From positions 7,319,241 through 7,383,240 of the forward strand of contig OZ316899.1 of the NCBI GenBank assembly GCA_973895155.1: a stretch of DNA of 64,000 nt. The letters are read 5' to 3'. The stretch is from Marsupella aquatica. Taxonomy: Eukaryota; Plantae; Marchantiophyta. The translations under genes were made by a program, and so were the position numbers. Each line of letters opens with the position of its first letter. Position 1 is the first letter of the stretch. The notes under the pieces are model-generated. The model was not told where the DNA came from and searched no databases. It was given only the letters and a program-made list of their open reading frames with translations. Of the stretch, positions 36,171 through 47,927 are shown piece after piece.

Positions 36171-36955
36171 TATAAGGCATGACAATGGACCAATGTGGGT
36201 CATCTGGATAGGGTAGGTAAAAGCACTGCTCAAGGTGATGTGGGAAGGCAAAGGGATCTAAGGACCTCCAATTGGAACTAATGACACTATTTGCAGATGT
36301 CTTCAAACGGGTAAATCCGCACGCATCATCTTCACATGTTCGATTGTTGCCTACAAGATTCATCTTGAACCATTTGCACTTAAATACCACCTCCTCCAAA
36401 GTAGTATGTGCATGGTACTTCACTGTCAGGATCTCATCAATCTTCCCATAATGGGCCACGGTGGAGTGAATGGGGTTCATGTCCGACGTGCTACTATGGG
36501 AATCTTGGGTGAACCAACCCATCACCCCACAATCTTGTGTAGCTGCTCTCTTCTCATCAAGTCGTTCCACACGGAAATGTCTCCCCTTTGACCACATTGC
36601 CATCCGAGTTGTGACTTTAAGCAGTGGACCATGAACCAAGGTACGAAGCTTATCAGTCACTTGTGGGTAATGTAATATACTGTCTCTGGTACCCATCAAG
36701 GCATCCACTTCTAACAACTTTGATTTCATGTATGGGTGAAACTTGGGAAATAACCGTGGCCGTCGACTATTTTGCTTCTCCTCCTCATAAAATATTGTCC
36801 ACTCCCCTACAACCTCTGGTGAGTTATACAACATAAATGTTGTAAGTTGCAAACGCTCTGCTGAGCCTAAGTCACGCTCTCCTGATGCCCCAGTGAGTCT
36901 ATCATCCTCATAGTCTGCCTCTCGTGCCGCCTCATCTATCCATCCCCTAGGTGCC

Positions 36956-39900
36956 TGTGACGCCGTCGGTACGGCGAGTAATGAGTAATTTGGTCTAAAA
37001 AGTGCTTAGCACACGCGTTAGGGGTATCTTAGGCCGCTATGATTAGCATAATGATAGTATTTAGGTAGCCATTATGAGTAGGAAATCATTAGTCAATAAG
37101 AGGAATTCATGTTTGGGCTGGCGGCGCGTTGCCATTTGCACGCTCGAGTTACGAGCGTGGAGGGGCCCCTCCCTCGGGTCCGTATAACAAACTTTGGGAG
37201 GCGTCCACTGACACACGGTGACTCAGACCGGCGGAGTGGCCGGTACACTACAAGCGTGAACGGTTCAGCCTATAGGCAACGAGGAGATGTCGGGGGATCG
37301 ACAAGCCCTCAAGGTATAAAAAGGGAGCCGACCCTTTGTAGTGCACCAGTCCATCAGTCCACGCGCCAGCTTCGACCCTAGCTCTCTCGTTCGCTCTTAG
37401 TCACCACTACTATCTCCTCTGAATGTCGCACACAATCCTCTCCAGTTCGGCCATTCGATTCTGGACGCAGTTCCTATCTACCGGAAGACACTTGGCCGAC
37501 TCATTGAAACACGCCAACCCGCGCCGATACAAAATCGAACGCGAGTACAAGAGAGCCATCCGCCTAGCAAGACGACACCACTACATCCTTAACTTTGACT
37601 ACCCGTCTCAGAGCGAGCTTTACCGACCAGCAGAGGTATCTGGGTACTTCTTCAACGGAGACAAATATATCAGTTTCTGGGAAGCATTGCTTCGGCTTCC
37701 GGATGAGGTCTTCAATATCTTGAGTACGATCGACTTGCAACGACATCACTTTGACCACATCCCTGCTCAGGTTCGGGCTATCATCAATAGCGAGTCCAGC
37801 ACTACCCGTTTGACAAGGTTGTCTGCACTTGCTTCGGAGAACTTCTACCAGCACTTGTAGAGCTTCATGGGAACTAGACCCGCAACCGCCAGCGCCGGCC
37901 CAATCGACCCCATACCCGTACCCGCACCAACGCAGACTCAGACTCAGGCTCAGGCTTAGCTTCAGTCTCAGTCTCAATCTCAGCCTAGCTAACCCCCACC
38001 GCCGATCGCCCCGCCAGCAGTACAAGTACGCTCCGTCATCAACGCTGTGGACCTTAGCGACGACGACGAGGCTACCCCACCCTTGCTCGGGCGGCCCAAA
38101 GGAGCAAACACTCAGGGGCCGACACTACATCGTCCCCTCCCCATGCTCGGACCCAAGGAGCGGCTCTAGCAGACAACACGGTGACCGTGGCCGCCCCGGG
38201 CCCAATACTAACGGCGGTAGCACTACCTATGCCCGATAGAGAGGATGGGGAGGTGTCACCCTCCCCGAGCCAGTCATGGGGGAAGAAGAGGAAGGAACCC
38301 ACCATTGCATCCGGGTTACCATTGGCCACGGTAGCCGTGGCCAAGGTGACAATGCACTGCATGGGGGAAAATGTGCATAAGAACATCCTCCATCCCAAGC
38401 ATGCGGTGTACCTGAAGACTCAAGGATTCGAGCACCTCGCCTCTCTTCCCTGGAACACTTGCAGGTACTACGGGGAGGATATGACGGAATTCGTCAAGAA
38501 TTATGATGACGCACGTCAACATACTCGGCTGCGGGGAAGGAATATGTCCCTCACGGAAGAATGGCTCAAGATGATTATCGGATTACCCGAAGGTGACCAT
38601 CGAGTCGAATCACGGGCTCCCGGGGGCAAGGGAGCCAAGTACCAATCCTTGAGTTTTCCCTCAAAAGGGAGCAGTGGACAACGGGTTCGTGATGAGGACC
38701 TGCCTCATCCCCGAGATAGCTAAGCGACTGGAGTTCCAAAGGTACGCCCTCCACATGATGGAACCCCGGGGGGAGATCTCCGCCGCCCAGGTTATCCAGG
38801 TCGAGAACTATCGACCTAGGAAGTGGGTGTCGTACTTCGCTAAGAAATTCCATGAAGAGATGGAGCGGCGAAGGAAGACGCTGTACATTGGCGGGAAGAC
38901 GTATTTTCCTAGCCACATCGAGATCATTCTTGAGTGGTACGCTCGGTTTGATCGACGAACCCTTCCCCGTGTCAACGTTACAAAGCTGGTCCCAGCTAGG
39001 TGGGTTTTCCCGGCCTTGGAGAGACGGCCCCAACCCGAGGCCCGAAGTCCAGCAGACATGCAAGCTTTAGCCACCCCACCTCCACAAGTAGTTGTAGTCG
39101 TAACCGAGGAGGTACCGGATGGGTCGGTTATCGCAACCGTAGATGCGATCCAACAGGCCGGGCTAAGTACAGAAGTCAGTACAGCGGAGGCCTTACTCGA
39201 GCCCGGGTCTCCCAACGACCCACCGGTGGCTATTCCGGAGCGCCGGACATTGCTGCAGGAGGACACTCCAGCCCCTTCCAACATTACGTCCCCAGGGCTG
39301 GATGTCACTGCCCCGGCCCCCGCGCATGTCGACGTCTGCCCGTGCCCAACTCCGGACAGGCACAACCTGGACCACCCGAAACTCTTCATACCGGGTACAT
39401 TTCTGAACGGGCTTCTGGGAGATTTCTCTCATCAAATTGCCCGGGATACCGGGGAGTTCATGGCCCGGAAGGTAGCCTATTTCTTCAATCAGGAGTTAGT
39501 TGTCGCAGTAAAGGCAGGTCGGGCCCAGTCAGAGGCCCTTTAGAGGATAGAGCGGTACCGGGTGGAGTCCGTATACTTAAAGAATGAAGTTGCAGCTCAA
39601 GAGGCTGAGCTTCTACAACTACGACCCAAAGTTGCAGCCACCGATGAGTTGTTAGCAAAGGCGCACGCCCTTACCGCCCTAGCCGAGCAGGCCAAAGTTG
39701 GGAACGAGGCCGAGATTGCACGACTCCGGAACCAGATTGACAGTTTGAAGAATCAAACTGTCATCTGGCAGAAAGACCTAGAGGAGGCCGAAGAACGGGC
39801 CCAGCGAGACACTGCGGAGATAGCCACGCTATAGGCCGAAGTGGCGCAGCTCCAAACCAAAGCCGAGAAGCAGGACCAGCTGGCAGGCAAGCTGACGAGC

Positions 39901-40977
39901 GACGCCCAGCAGCTGGAGGAGGCATGCCAGGAAGCAGCGGAGGAGACAGACGCGGTGAAGCGAGAGAACAAATCTCTGCTGGACCAGGTCCAGCTCCTCA
40001 AGGCAGACAACGACAGACTTCATAAGCAGCGGGATGGCCGCTCCCACTCGGGCGGCTCTGGCAAGCGTGCCAGGCATTAGCGACGGAGTAGGAATAGAAT
40101 AGGGTTAGGAATAGCTAAGTCAGGCAATTGGGATAGGCACCTGCCTTAGTTACAACAGCACTGCCATGTTGTCCAGCCTGCGTAGATTAGGATCTTCTAA
40201 TAAGACACAACCATTTTTTGGCCTGACAGTCAAATTAGTTAGGACCTAAGTCAGCAAATCTTCGGCCGAGAGGACACTCCGTTCCTCGGCCCTTAGTATT
40301 TAGTGCACCCCTCAGTAGAGGCAGGGGGGTTTTTAGTCTTAGAGTTGGACATCCGTGGTATGTGCGGGGAGTCCCGACCTCTGGGAGTGAAAGAGTACCA
40401 AGGGGAGGGGGTAGGACTAAGCTCATCGGGCGAGTGCGGAGCCGGGCTCCGTTGTAGTGTACTCCCTCGGCCTTGAACCTGTTCATTCCGGAGCTGTCGG
40501 GTCAACCAAGTGTACGCATATGTCCCCTATGTAGTAAAATCCTTTCCCATTATTTCCTTCGTGTAAATCAAGATTGTATGCTTGTGCGCGTGTATGTGTG
40601 TGTGAATCTCGTGGATAGGTGACAACGTCGGGCCGAACGCACTACCCGAGTCGTGCACGGGGTGCAGCTTGCGGGTATGTGGTTGCGAGCACGGGTTGAG
40701 GACCTGTATCATTGACTCCGGATCAAAGGCGGACAACACAAAGGGTTAGAAGTCCTTAAGCCGGGGTTGATCCTGTTATCGACTAAGGTACGTTCCGGCG
40801 GCGGAACACAAACCATACCTAGGAGATGTTCGTATCTAACAGTAGGCGCACTTAGCGCTAGTTTACATGAATTAGGTGCATTACGTTCTTCCCTCCCTGC
40901 CCAAACCCTCATATTTACGAAGGATGTGCCCGTTTAAAGCTGAAGCCCGAGTTAAGGCCAAGGCTGATGACGTGACA
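36956..40977 (+). mobile_element. ~4.0 kb TG...CA element with 5-bp TSD (solo-LTR-like, ORF-bearing), copy A2
   Basis: TSD GTGCC at 36951-36955 and 40978-40982; termini TGTGACGCCGTCGG ... GATGACGTGACA; end-to-end homologue of 520-4509; interrupts the CACTA DUF4218 region. Confidence 0.92.
37423..40080 (+). pseudogene. Coding tract of element A2 (same protein as 1419-4046)
   Basis: ORFs 37423-37860, 38181-38723, 38674-39543, 39562-39834, 39841-40080; CAG>TAG stops at 39541 and 39832 where A1 is open. Confidence 0.75.
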
Positions 40978-43475
40978 GTGCCCTTGGATCTAGTGTGGCA
41001 ACTATGTTTGTACAATAAAACATACTCTTTGCTCCAAGATGACGCTCTGCAATGCTACCTTCCACCCTAGCCCGATTAGAGACATATGACTTCATCACCC
41101 CCATGTAACGCTCTACCCAATACATCCATCAACAATGTACCGGGCCTGCAATTGCTACCTCACGCACTAAATGTGTGAGGAAATGAACCTGACCATCAAA
41201 GAATGAGGGTGGAAGTGCCTTCTCCAACTTGCAAACAACCTCTACTCCAAATATCTCCATTGCAGCAATGTCATCCTCTGGTTCCCTCTTCTGACATACC
41301 CATCTCAAAAACTTGCCCAATGACCAAAGAGCATCACGAAGTTCCTCACTACCCAATCCAATAATCGCAACTGGAATGACATGTTCTAGTAACCGATGAT
41401 AATCATGTGTTTTCAGGTACGATGGCCATTTTGGAGAATCATCCCCCCCAAATGCCTTACGAAGATTGGCACCATAACCTGTGGGAAACCTCATTGACCC
41501 AATCCGTCTACGAAACTCTATGCGCTCTGCCCTGGTCAAAACCCAAGGAGGATGGATGCTAGGGGGATCACCAGGGGGTCCAAAGATGGCCAAAAACCCA
41601 AAAGACCATGCATCCCCATCTCCTCACAACTTTCTCTCCAGTTGTGGTTCTTCTCCCCATATAGATGACGAATCAATGATCTCCCCACATTTCCCTCAAT
41701 GTGCATCGCATCCAACAAGTGATTAATGGGCATCTTTGACCAATATGGCAACTGTGACAATGCAGATAAACGGGTCATGCCACATCGGAGAAATTGTAAT
41801 GGATCATTAGGGTTTGAACTCTCTCCCATACCTCTCTCCAATATGTTGGATCCTTTCACTGAGGTTGAGGACGAGTATCAGGTTGGCCCTCATTAGTGTC
41901 ATACAAGAAATGATCACTCCTCCAAGGATGGTCTGCTGGAAGATATTTGGTATGACCAATGTAAACTATCTTACGCAAAGTACTTGACTTGCGTCTTGCC
42001 ACTCCCTCCAAATCCGGTCCGCATGAAGGGCAAGCTCGATAGCCTAATGTTTGCAATCCAGAGATATACCCAAACCCTGTACCAAGCCCATATACAACCA
42101 GCCAATTATGAAATAAGGTTAATGCACACTAAATTTAAGGTAGTACATCAAGGAAATAAGCTAAGGTTTATCAGGTTATACCTGGTAGGTCATGCATGGT
42201 CCACATAAGGATGGCCTTGAGGGTAAACGCACAAGGTACACCTCCTGTATTGTGACATCCGTCATAACAATCCACTCCTCTCCACAGTTGCAAAAGCTCA
42301 TCAATCAATGGTTGCAAGTAGATGTCAATCTTTTTTATTTGCTTAGGACCCGGGATGATCATGGAGAGCTTGTAAATGACCTTTCTTTATGGCCATCCAT
42401 GGAGGGATATTGTAGTTAGTCAAAACTACTGGCCATACTGAATATGGTTTTGCTTTACCCGCCAATGCAAAAGGGCTGATACCATCAGCTGCCAAGCAAG
42501 TCGAACATGTCGTGGTTCAGTGTTGAACTCCCCCCATCTGCCCTCAACAAATCGATTGGCAGGAGAGTCAGCCATCATCCGCATGGCACTAGAGTTTGTA
42601 GCCATATCAGAACGATTCTTTGAGTGCCATACCATGTACTCAGCTAACTCTGCACAACGGTACTGATGTTGCAATCAGGGGATGAGAGGAAAGTATCGCA
42701 TAACCTTTTGAGGCACCTTCCCTATCAACATGTCATCACGGTAGCGCGGCTTCTCACACTTAGGACATGCAGTTGCATTCTCATGCTCCCCCCTAAAAAG
42801 AATGCAATCATTCACACATGCATGTATCACTACATACTTGAGGCCAATGGACTTCAACACTTGTTTTGCCTCCTTCCAAGAGGCTGGCATGGTATTGCCT
42901 GGTGGCAAAATACGATCATGCAAGGTACAAAAAACATCATCCAAAATTAGGTTGTTGGCCCCATGTCTTTGCTGCACATTCAGCAACAACATTATTGCGG
43001 AGAGCCGAGATAAGGTGCTACCCTCAAATATACGTGTACGAGCATGACGTTGAGCCTCCTCCCAATCCTTGTTCTGTCCCTCCCTAGAAGGTCCTGGATG
43101 AGTGGTGTTGTCATCAGTTGTACCCATATCCTCCATACCAATATCAACATCATCATCATAAAATTGGTCCATGAGCTCATCCATGGCCCTCTCCTCATCC
43201 AGATGTGCTTGAGTAGGATTATCACCCTCATGTTGTACATCATCCTCCTGCATCCCTCCATCATGCCCATGGTTGGCCACCATGGCCTCAACAATGTGTT
43301 GTCGCATAGCTCGTGATATGACCCCAATATCAGATTGTACATATTGATTCTATCATACAACATCAATGCAATCTCATTAACATTAATCTCATTACAATCA
43401 TCAATATATATATAAATCATCATGAATCTCATTAATTCAATGTAAGATTTACATGCATGTAAGTCCAACATACTA

Positions 43476-44420
43476 TCATGGACGGCAACGTAGGGACAAT
43501 TTTGGGGCGTCCCACTCATACTCACACAATATCTCCTCACCGGCTCTAATAGTCCTAATGGCTACTGTCATGATATGGTCATCCATATGTTTCACAAAAT
43601 ACAGATCTCTAGGAGGGCCAAAATTTTGGATCCACTCTACATTAGCCTCAAAATCTCTACCTCTACCCGTTGTACTATTGATGTACCCTGCTAAATTACC
43701 ATTCCAAATAGGGTCACCATCAATCATCCTACAATGCCACGGCCTAGTCAAAACCTCATCTGGGTCTGAGTCCATCCTCAAGGCGTACACCCCCCAGCTT
43801 GGGTGCTGACGCTACAAAGTCTTCCAACTCTTTGCATTATATACAGCCCCAAGGTAAGGGAAAAGGTGCTCTCTATCATATCCACGTCTCCATGGGTTTG
43901 GAGGGACCACAATGTCCTCCAAAGCATATAGACCATATCCTATATCAGCACCAATAGAGGATGCCTTCACTATCCAAGGCCGACCCCATATGTCAACTGG
44001 TTAATCAGTATGAATGAAATCTGGAAATTTGAAGAGACTAGGAGAAAAGTCCTTCCAAACATCAGCAGCCCTACCAGTGAGATAAGATAGTCCAAACCGG
44101 CCCTCAACACAAATATAATCTCCATTTCCGGGTGGTCGATCACTACGTAACGCCTCCTCCCGATTCTCTACCTGCTCCACCGGTTCATATTGTCGTCTAC
44201 GTCTGCGAGACCGTGAACGTGTACGTAGGACCCTAGTATCCATTTCCTCGGGTCGAGAGACCGGTGCATCCTCGTCTACATGCACATGTGTGGGGATAGG
44301 AGCAGGGGGACTAAGAGGTGGATGGGCAAGGGCAGATGCAAGCAACTCACTAGCCCTTGCTAGAAACCCTTCCAACCACATAGCATTATCAACCAGAGGA
44401 GGTGGGGGTCTACGAGGCAC
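43476..44420 (-). pseudogene. SET-domain protein exon inside the CACTA element (2 in-frame stops)
   Basis: WIVKASSIGADIGYGLYALEDI...LFPYLGAVY...YALRMD...IDGDP..NGNLAGYINS...ANVEW...HIMTVAIRTIRAGEEILCEYEW. Confidence 0.85.
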
Positions 44421-44545
44421 CTATTTCAACAAACAATGATTTGACACAAATCAATACATGAATTGTTGTTTAGATGTAAAGTAATTTAGCATTTGTGGAC
44501 TAATTATTGGAATTTCATGGAATGAAGGAGGGACGTATTTATTAC

Positions 44546-44759
44546 CTGGCTAGGCAAATACCCTGGTGTATCACCCTCGTGGCGACCATAGTTCTCGATG
44601 TGCTCACAAGTCTCCTAGGCATGTCGAACCACAAGTCCCTTACATCTCACACACCAACAAGGTATGGACCCTAGTGGCCGAGCACAAGGTTGGTTTGGAG
44701 AAGGGGGTGGAGGAACCTCCTCCTCAGACGAGCTTGTGTCTGAGTCTGAATCCGACATG
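44546..44759 (-). pseudogene. Upstream exon: transposase-associated Zn-binding motif
   Basis: MSDSDSD...CWCVRCKG...(stop)ETCEHIENYGRH; donor CAG|GTAAT at 44546/44545; phase-0 acceptor TAG|GTG at 44421/44420. Confidence 0.65.
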
Positions 44760-45779
44760 GAACTATCGAAAGCAGACATCTGCATATATATCATACAACC
44801 ATGACAATATGTTGGATGAAAGAAAAAACCAGCAAGACAAATATTTATGTCTAGAAAAACAATTGAATGAGAGACATATATACAACACTTGCTATACCTC
44901 AATGATACCCGCGCTCTGCCGTGCCTACTAGGCCGTATTCTCTACACACAAAGTGTGGGGATATCCAAAATCTCTGCAAGGTGGACATTTTCATAATGAG
45001 CATGCATGATCTACAATTGCCGAAAACAAGCTCAAGCACATATGATAAAAACTTGCATGCCAAACCTGAAATAGCCTAAAGGATCAAGGAATAAATGGAT
45101 GGGGCATCATACCTTTTGGATGCGCGGTCTCACACTGTGCATAGTGCATTGCAAAATAACCTACCTAGCTAACACCCTACAAAAACCTAACCACCCCTTC
45201 AAAACCAAGGTACTGCACATCAAACCCAAAGACGAATCTTAGCAAATTGAACATGACCAAAGTATATCACAAAAAAATCTGGATCAGGTACAAACCCCAA
45301 AATTGCAAGAAGGTCGATATATCACATCCACGACACCGTTGCCAACCCCCTGCGGTATGTGTCTACATGTATGGCCCTATAAAACCTGATTCAAACATAC
45401 ATGACGATTAAATGTTAATACAACCGGTCCTTCCCACATACACCTACATGACCCCTACATAAGCCCTACTTAACCCCCTATCCGATAACATTACACGAGG
45501 GGTCTGATACTGTTTCCAACGTATCACACTTTGTAAAAGCGAGGAATAACGAGCCGGAGGAGGGGTCCGATGCAACACGCATCGGAAGGTCCAATTTGAC
45601 ATTCAATACTATACGCTACGGACGTTACGAAGCATAAACAATTGGACTTGATTCAAAATTTGAAATCCGTAAATCCCGATGCGCTTGCGAAGGCGCACAC
45701 TACGGGGCTTCCTTCGCACATCAGTCATTTCAGAAAATTTTCTAAGGCCGAGAGGGGAAGAGCTCGGGAAGGAGGAGAG

Positions 45780-47927
45780 ATGGTGGGGGAAGGAGGATCA
45801 GGTGATGGGGAAGACGGGGCTGGGCCATCCCGGCCATATGAGGAGATAATGGGGGAGTTGTTTGTGGCCAAGGCAGGGCTTTCAGTGGAGGATGCAGCAA
45901 GAGTAGTCCCGGTGCTTCAGGTTTTGCTTGATGCCTCAAAAGGTGAGGCAAAGAAGGCTGCTGCAGCAGGCCTCGCAGCAGAGAAAGAGGCGAGGAAGAA
46001 GAGAAAGGAGGCGGAGAGGGCTAGGGCAAATGGTGAGGAGGCTCTCTCTCCTTGGAAAAGGGAGAAAAAGCTTCGAAGAGAAGCTAGGGAGGCAGAGAGG
46101 CTACGAGTTGAGGAGAAAAGGCAAAGGGAGGCTGAGAGGGCTCTGCAACCTGAGCTGGCTATCAATTCAGGTGGGGCTCCAATGCCTAGGAGCTACAATT
46201 TGTTCCGCAGCCAATTCTTGCAGGTTGTGAGGGCAAATTTTGGGCCACTAGACTACTGGGGTAAGAAAACAGAGGAGGAGAGGACCAGGGTTCGGGAGCA
46301 GATCAAAGAAAGATTCAAGAACGGAGCCCACCTTGAAGACAGATTTCTAAACAGTCGAATTTCAGCCTCTGTTTCAGATGCAAGGAATCATGTGCGGGAG
46401 AAGATGAGGGATTACCTTACTGATTTGCCAATAGATGCAGAGGTGGTCAGGGAGCACCAGTGTCTAGATGTGATTCCCCAAGATGCATGGACAGCTTGGC
46501 TTGAGGAGGAGCTCTATGTTCGAGCCTGGCTAAAGAGACGACATCGGAACAACAAAATCAGGATTGCAGAAGAAAAGCGAGCTGTCGGGGAGGATATTGA
46601 CATGGCCCCCCTCCAACTGAACCTTCGACAGTGGGCAGCTCAAGCAGCAAGACTTCAAAAACCTCCTGCAAACATCATAGCAGCATTGAAGGGAGTAGAA
46701 GAGAGGCCCATTGTGACTCACCGGATGGGGCAAGGCAGCTCCAATTGATTGAAGGCCGAGTTTGTAAGTGGCTCCTCCCTCCTCCCTCCTAGCTCCCTCC
46801 TCCCTTGCTCCTCTCCCTAACCACCTGACTTCTCTTGCAAAGAGTGAACATTTTGGTTGTCCCGTTTTGCTTTATCACATTCCGATCCCCCTTGTTTTGC
46901 TCTCGGGACTGTTAAGTCCGATGTTTGTTCGTTGTAACCCGCATCGGAACCCGCATCGGACATAGTAACATTCAAATTTAGCGGATGAGGGGTCCGATAG
47001 CAATCCAATAGAATCCATATCGGATGCTGCATCGGAACGAGTATATTTTGAGTGAATTAGGGTTTATTTTGTTTAAAATAGGTAGGGTTTAGGGTTTTTT
47101 TGATTGCATAGGATAGGGATGCTTGACTTGCATGAAATTCCCGAATGGACCCCTTCTTGAGTTCACTGGTGTTTTTTTTAGGGTTTAGAGTATTTGCTAG
47201 GGGTTAAGTAAGTTATAGAAGTTATAGAAGGCATAGAGTTTTGAGAGGGAGAAGTTTGGTATAGGGAGTGGATTTTATGGTTGAAACTAAATTTATTGTG
47301 CTGAAGTGGTCTTTTAATTTTGAAATGTCAGGAGAGGGAGTATGGTCGTCCCATTGATCCAAAAGAGAGGGAACTAGCAGCAAGGGATGGACCCCGTGCT
47401 CTAAAGTGACAGATTGAGGATGAGCTGGGAGAGGTAATTGTTCCCTCCCCCTACCTAAGTTGGGACAATGTTTTGCTTAGCTAGAGCACTGCTACATTTG
47501 TAGAGTTTTGACCAAGTTCCTTACTTTAATTAATTGTAATGTGCAGGAGGAGGAGGAGGGGTCTGGGGAGTCAGATGATGAGGACTTAGCATCTGAGGCA
47601 GGGTTGCAGAGGGAGCCTAGAGCTACCGTGACTATTTCTAGAGTTTCCCGGGCTGTTCCTATAGTTGCCCAGACTGTTCCTAGAGTTGCCCCTACTGCCC
47701 AGATACCTCATGTTACCCTCACATTGGGAGGGAGGGGAGGTGGGTCACATGCTGTTGATGGTGTGAGCTCTCATCAGTCACGGGGAGCATCTAGTGGGTC
47801 AGGGGGTAGGACAGGATTAGACCCACCATCTGGTCAACAGGTGGCTCCACCGGTTGTGGATCCGGCACCTGTTCCCCAGCTTCGCTCTCGCCACAAGAAG
47901 AAGAAGGGACGGAACACACCTTTTTAG
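45780..47927 (+). pseudogene. Second CACTA gene (TnpA-like, divergent, multi-exon)
   Basis: 368-aa ORF 45642-46748 with a charged helical tract ending THRMGQG; GT-AG introns; last exon ~47548-47927. Assignment mainly by position. Confidence 0.55.

Larger units (their letters stand above)
35570..43307 (-). pseudogene. CACTA TnpD-type transposase (Transposase_21, DUF4218, DUF4216), split by two insertions
   Basis: IHACVNDCILFRGE...CPKC; MRYFPLIP; IIPGPKQ...DIYLQPLIDEL; WTMHDLPG; HLLDAMHIEGNV; LKTHDYH; PPSFFDGQVH; YGKIDEI...VFKCKWF; DPFAFP. Confidence 0.93.

Noticed and set aside
35815-36852. 345-aa ORF as a novel transposase-zinc finger fusion
   Set aside because: Chance in-frame join of CACTA DUF4216 with a 5'-truncated LINE inserted at 36170.
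47050-47210. Interstitial telomere (TTTAGGG)
   Set aside because: Only scattered single or double units in AT-rich intron-like DNA.
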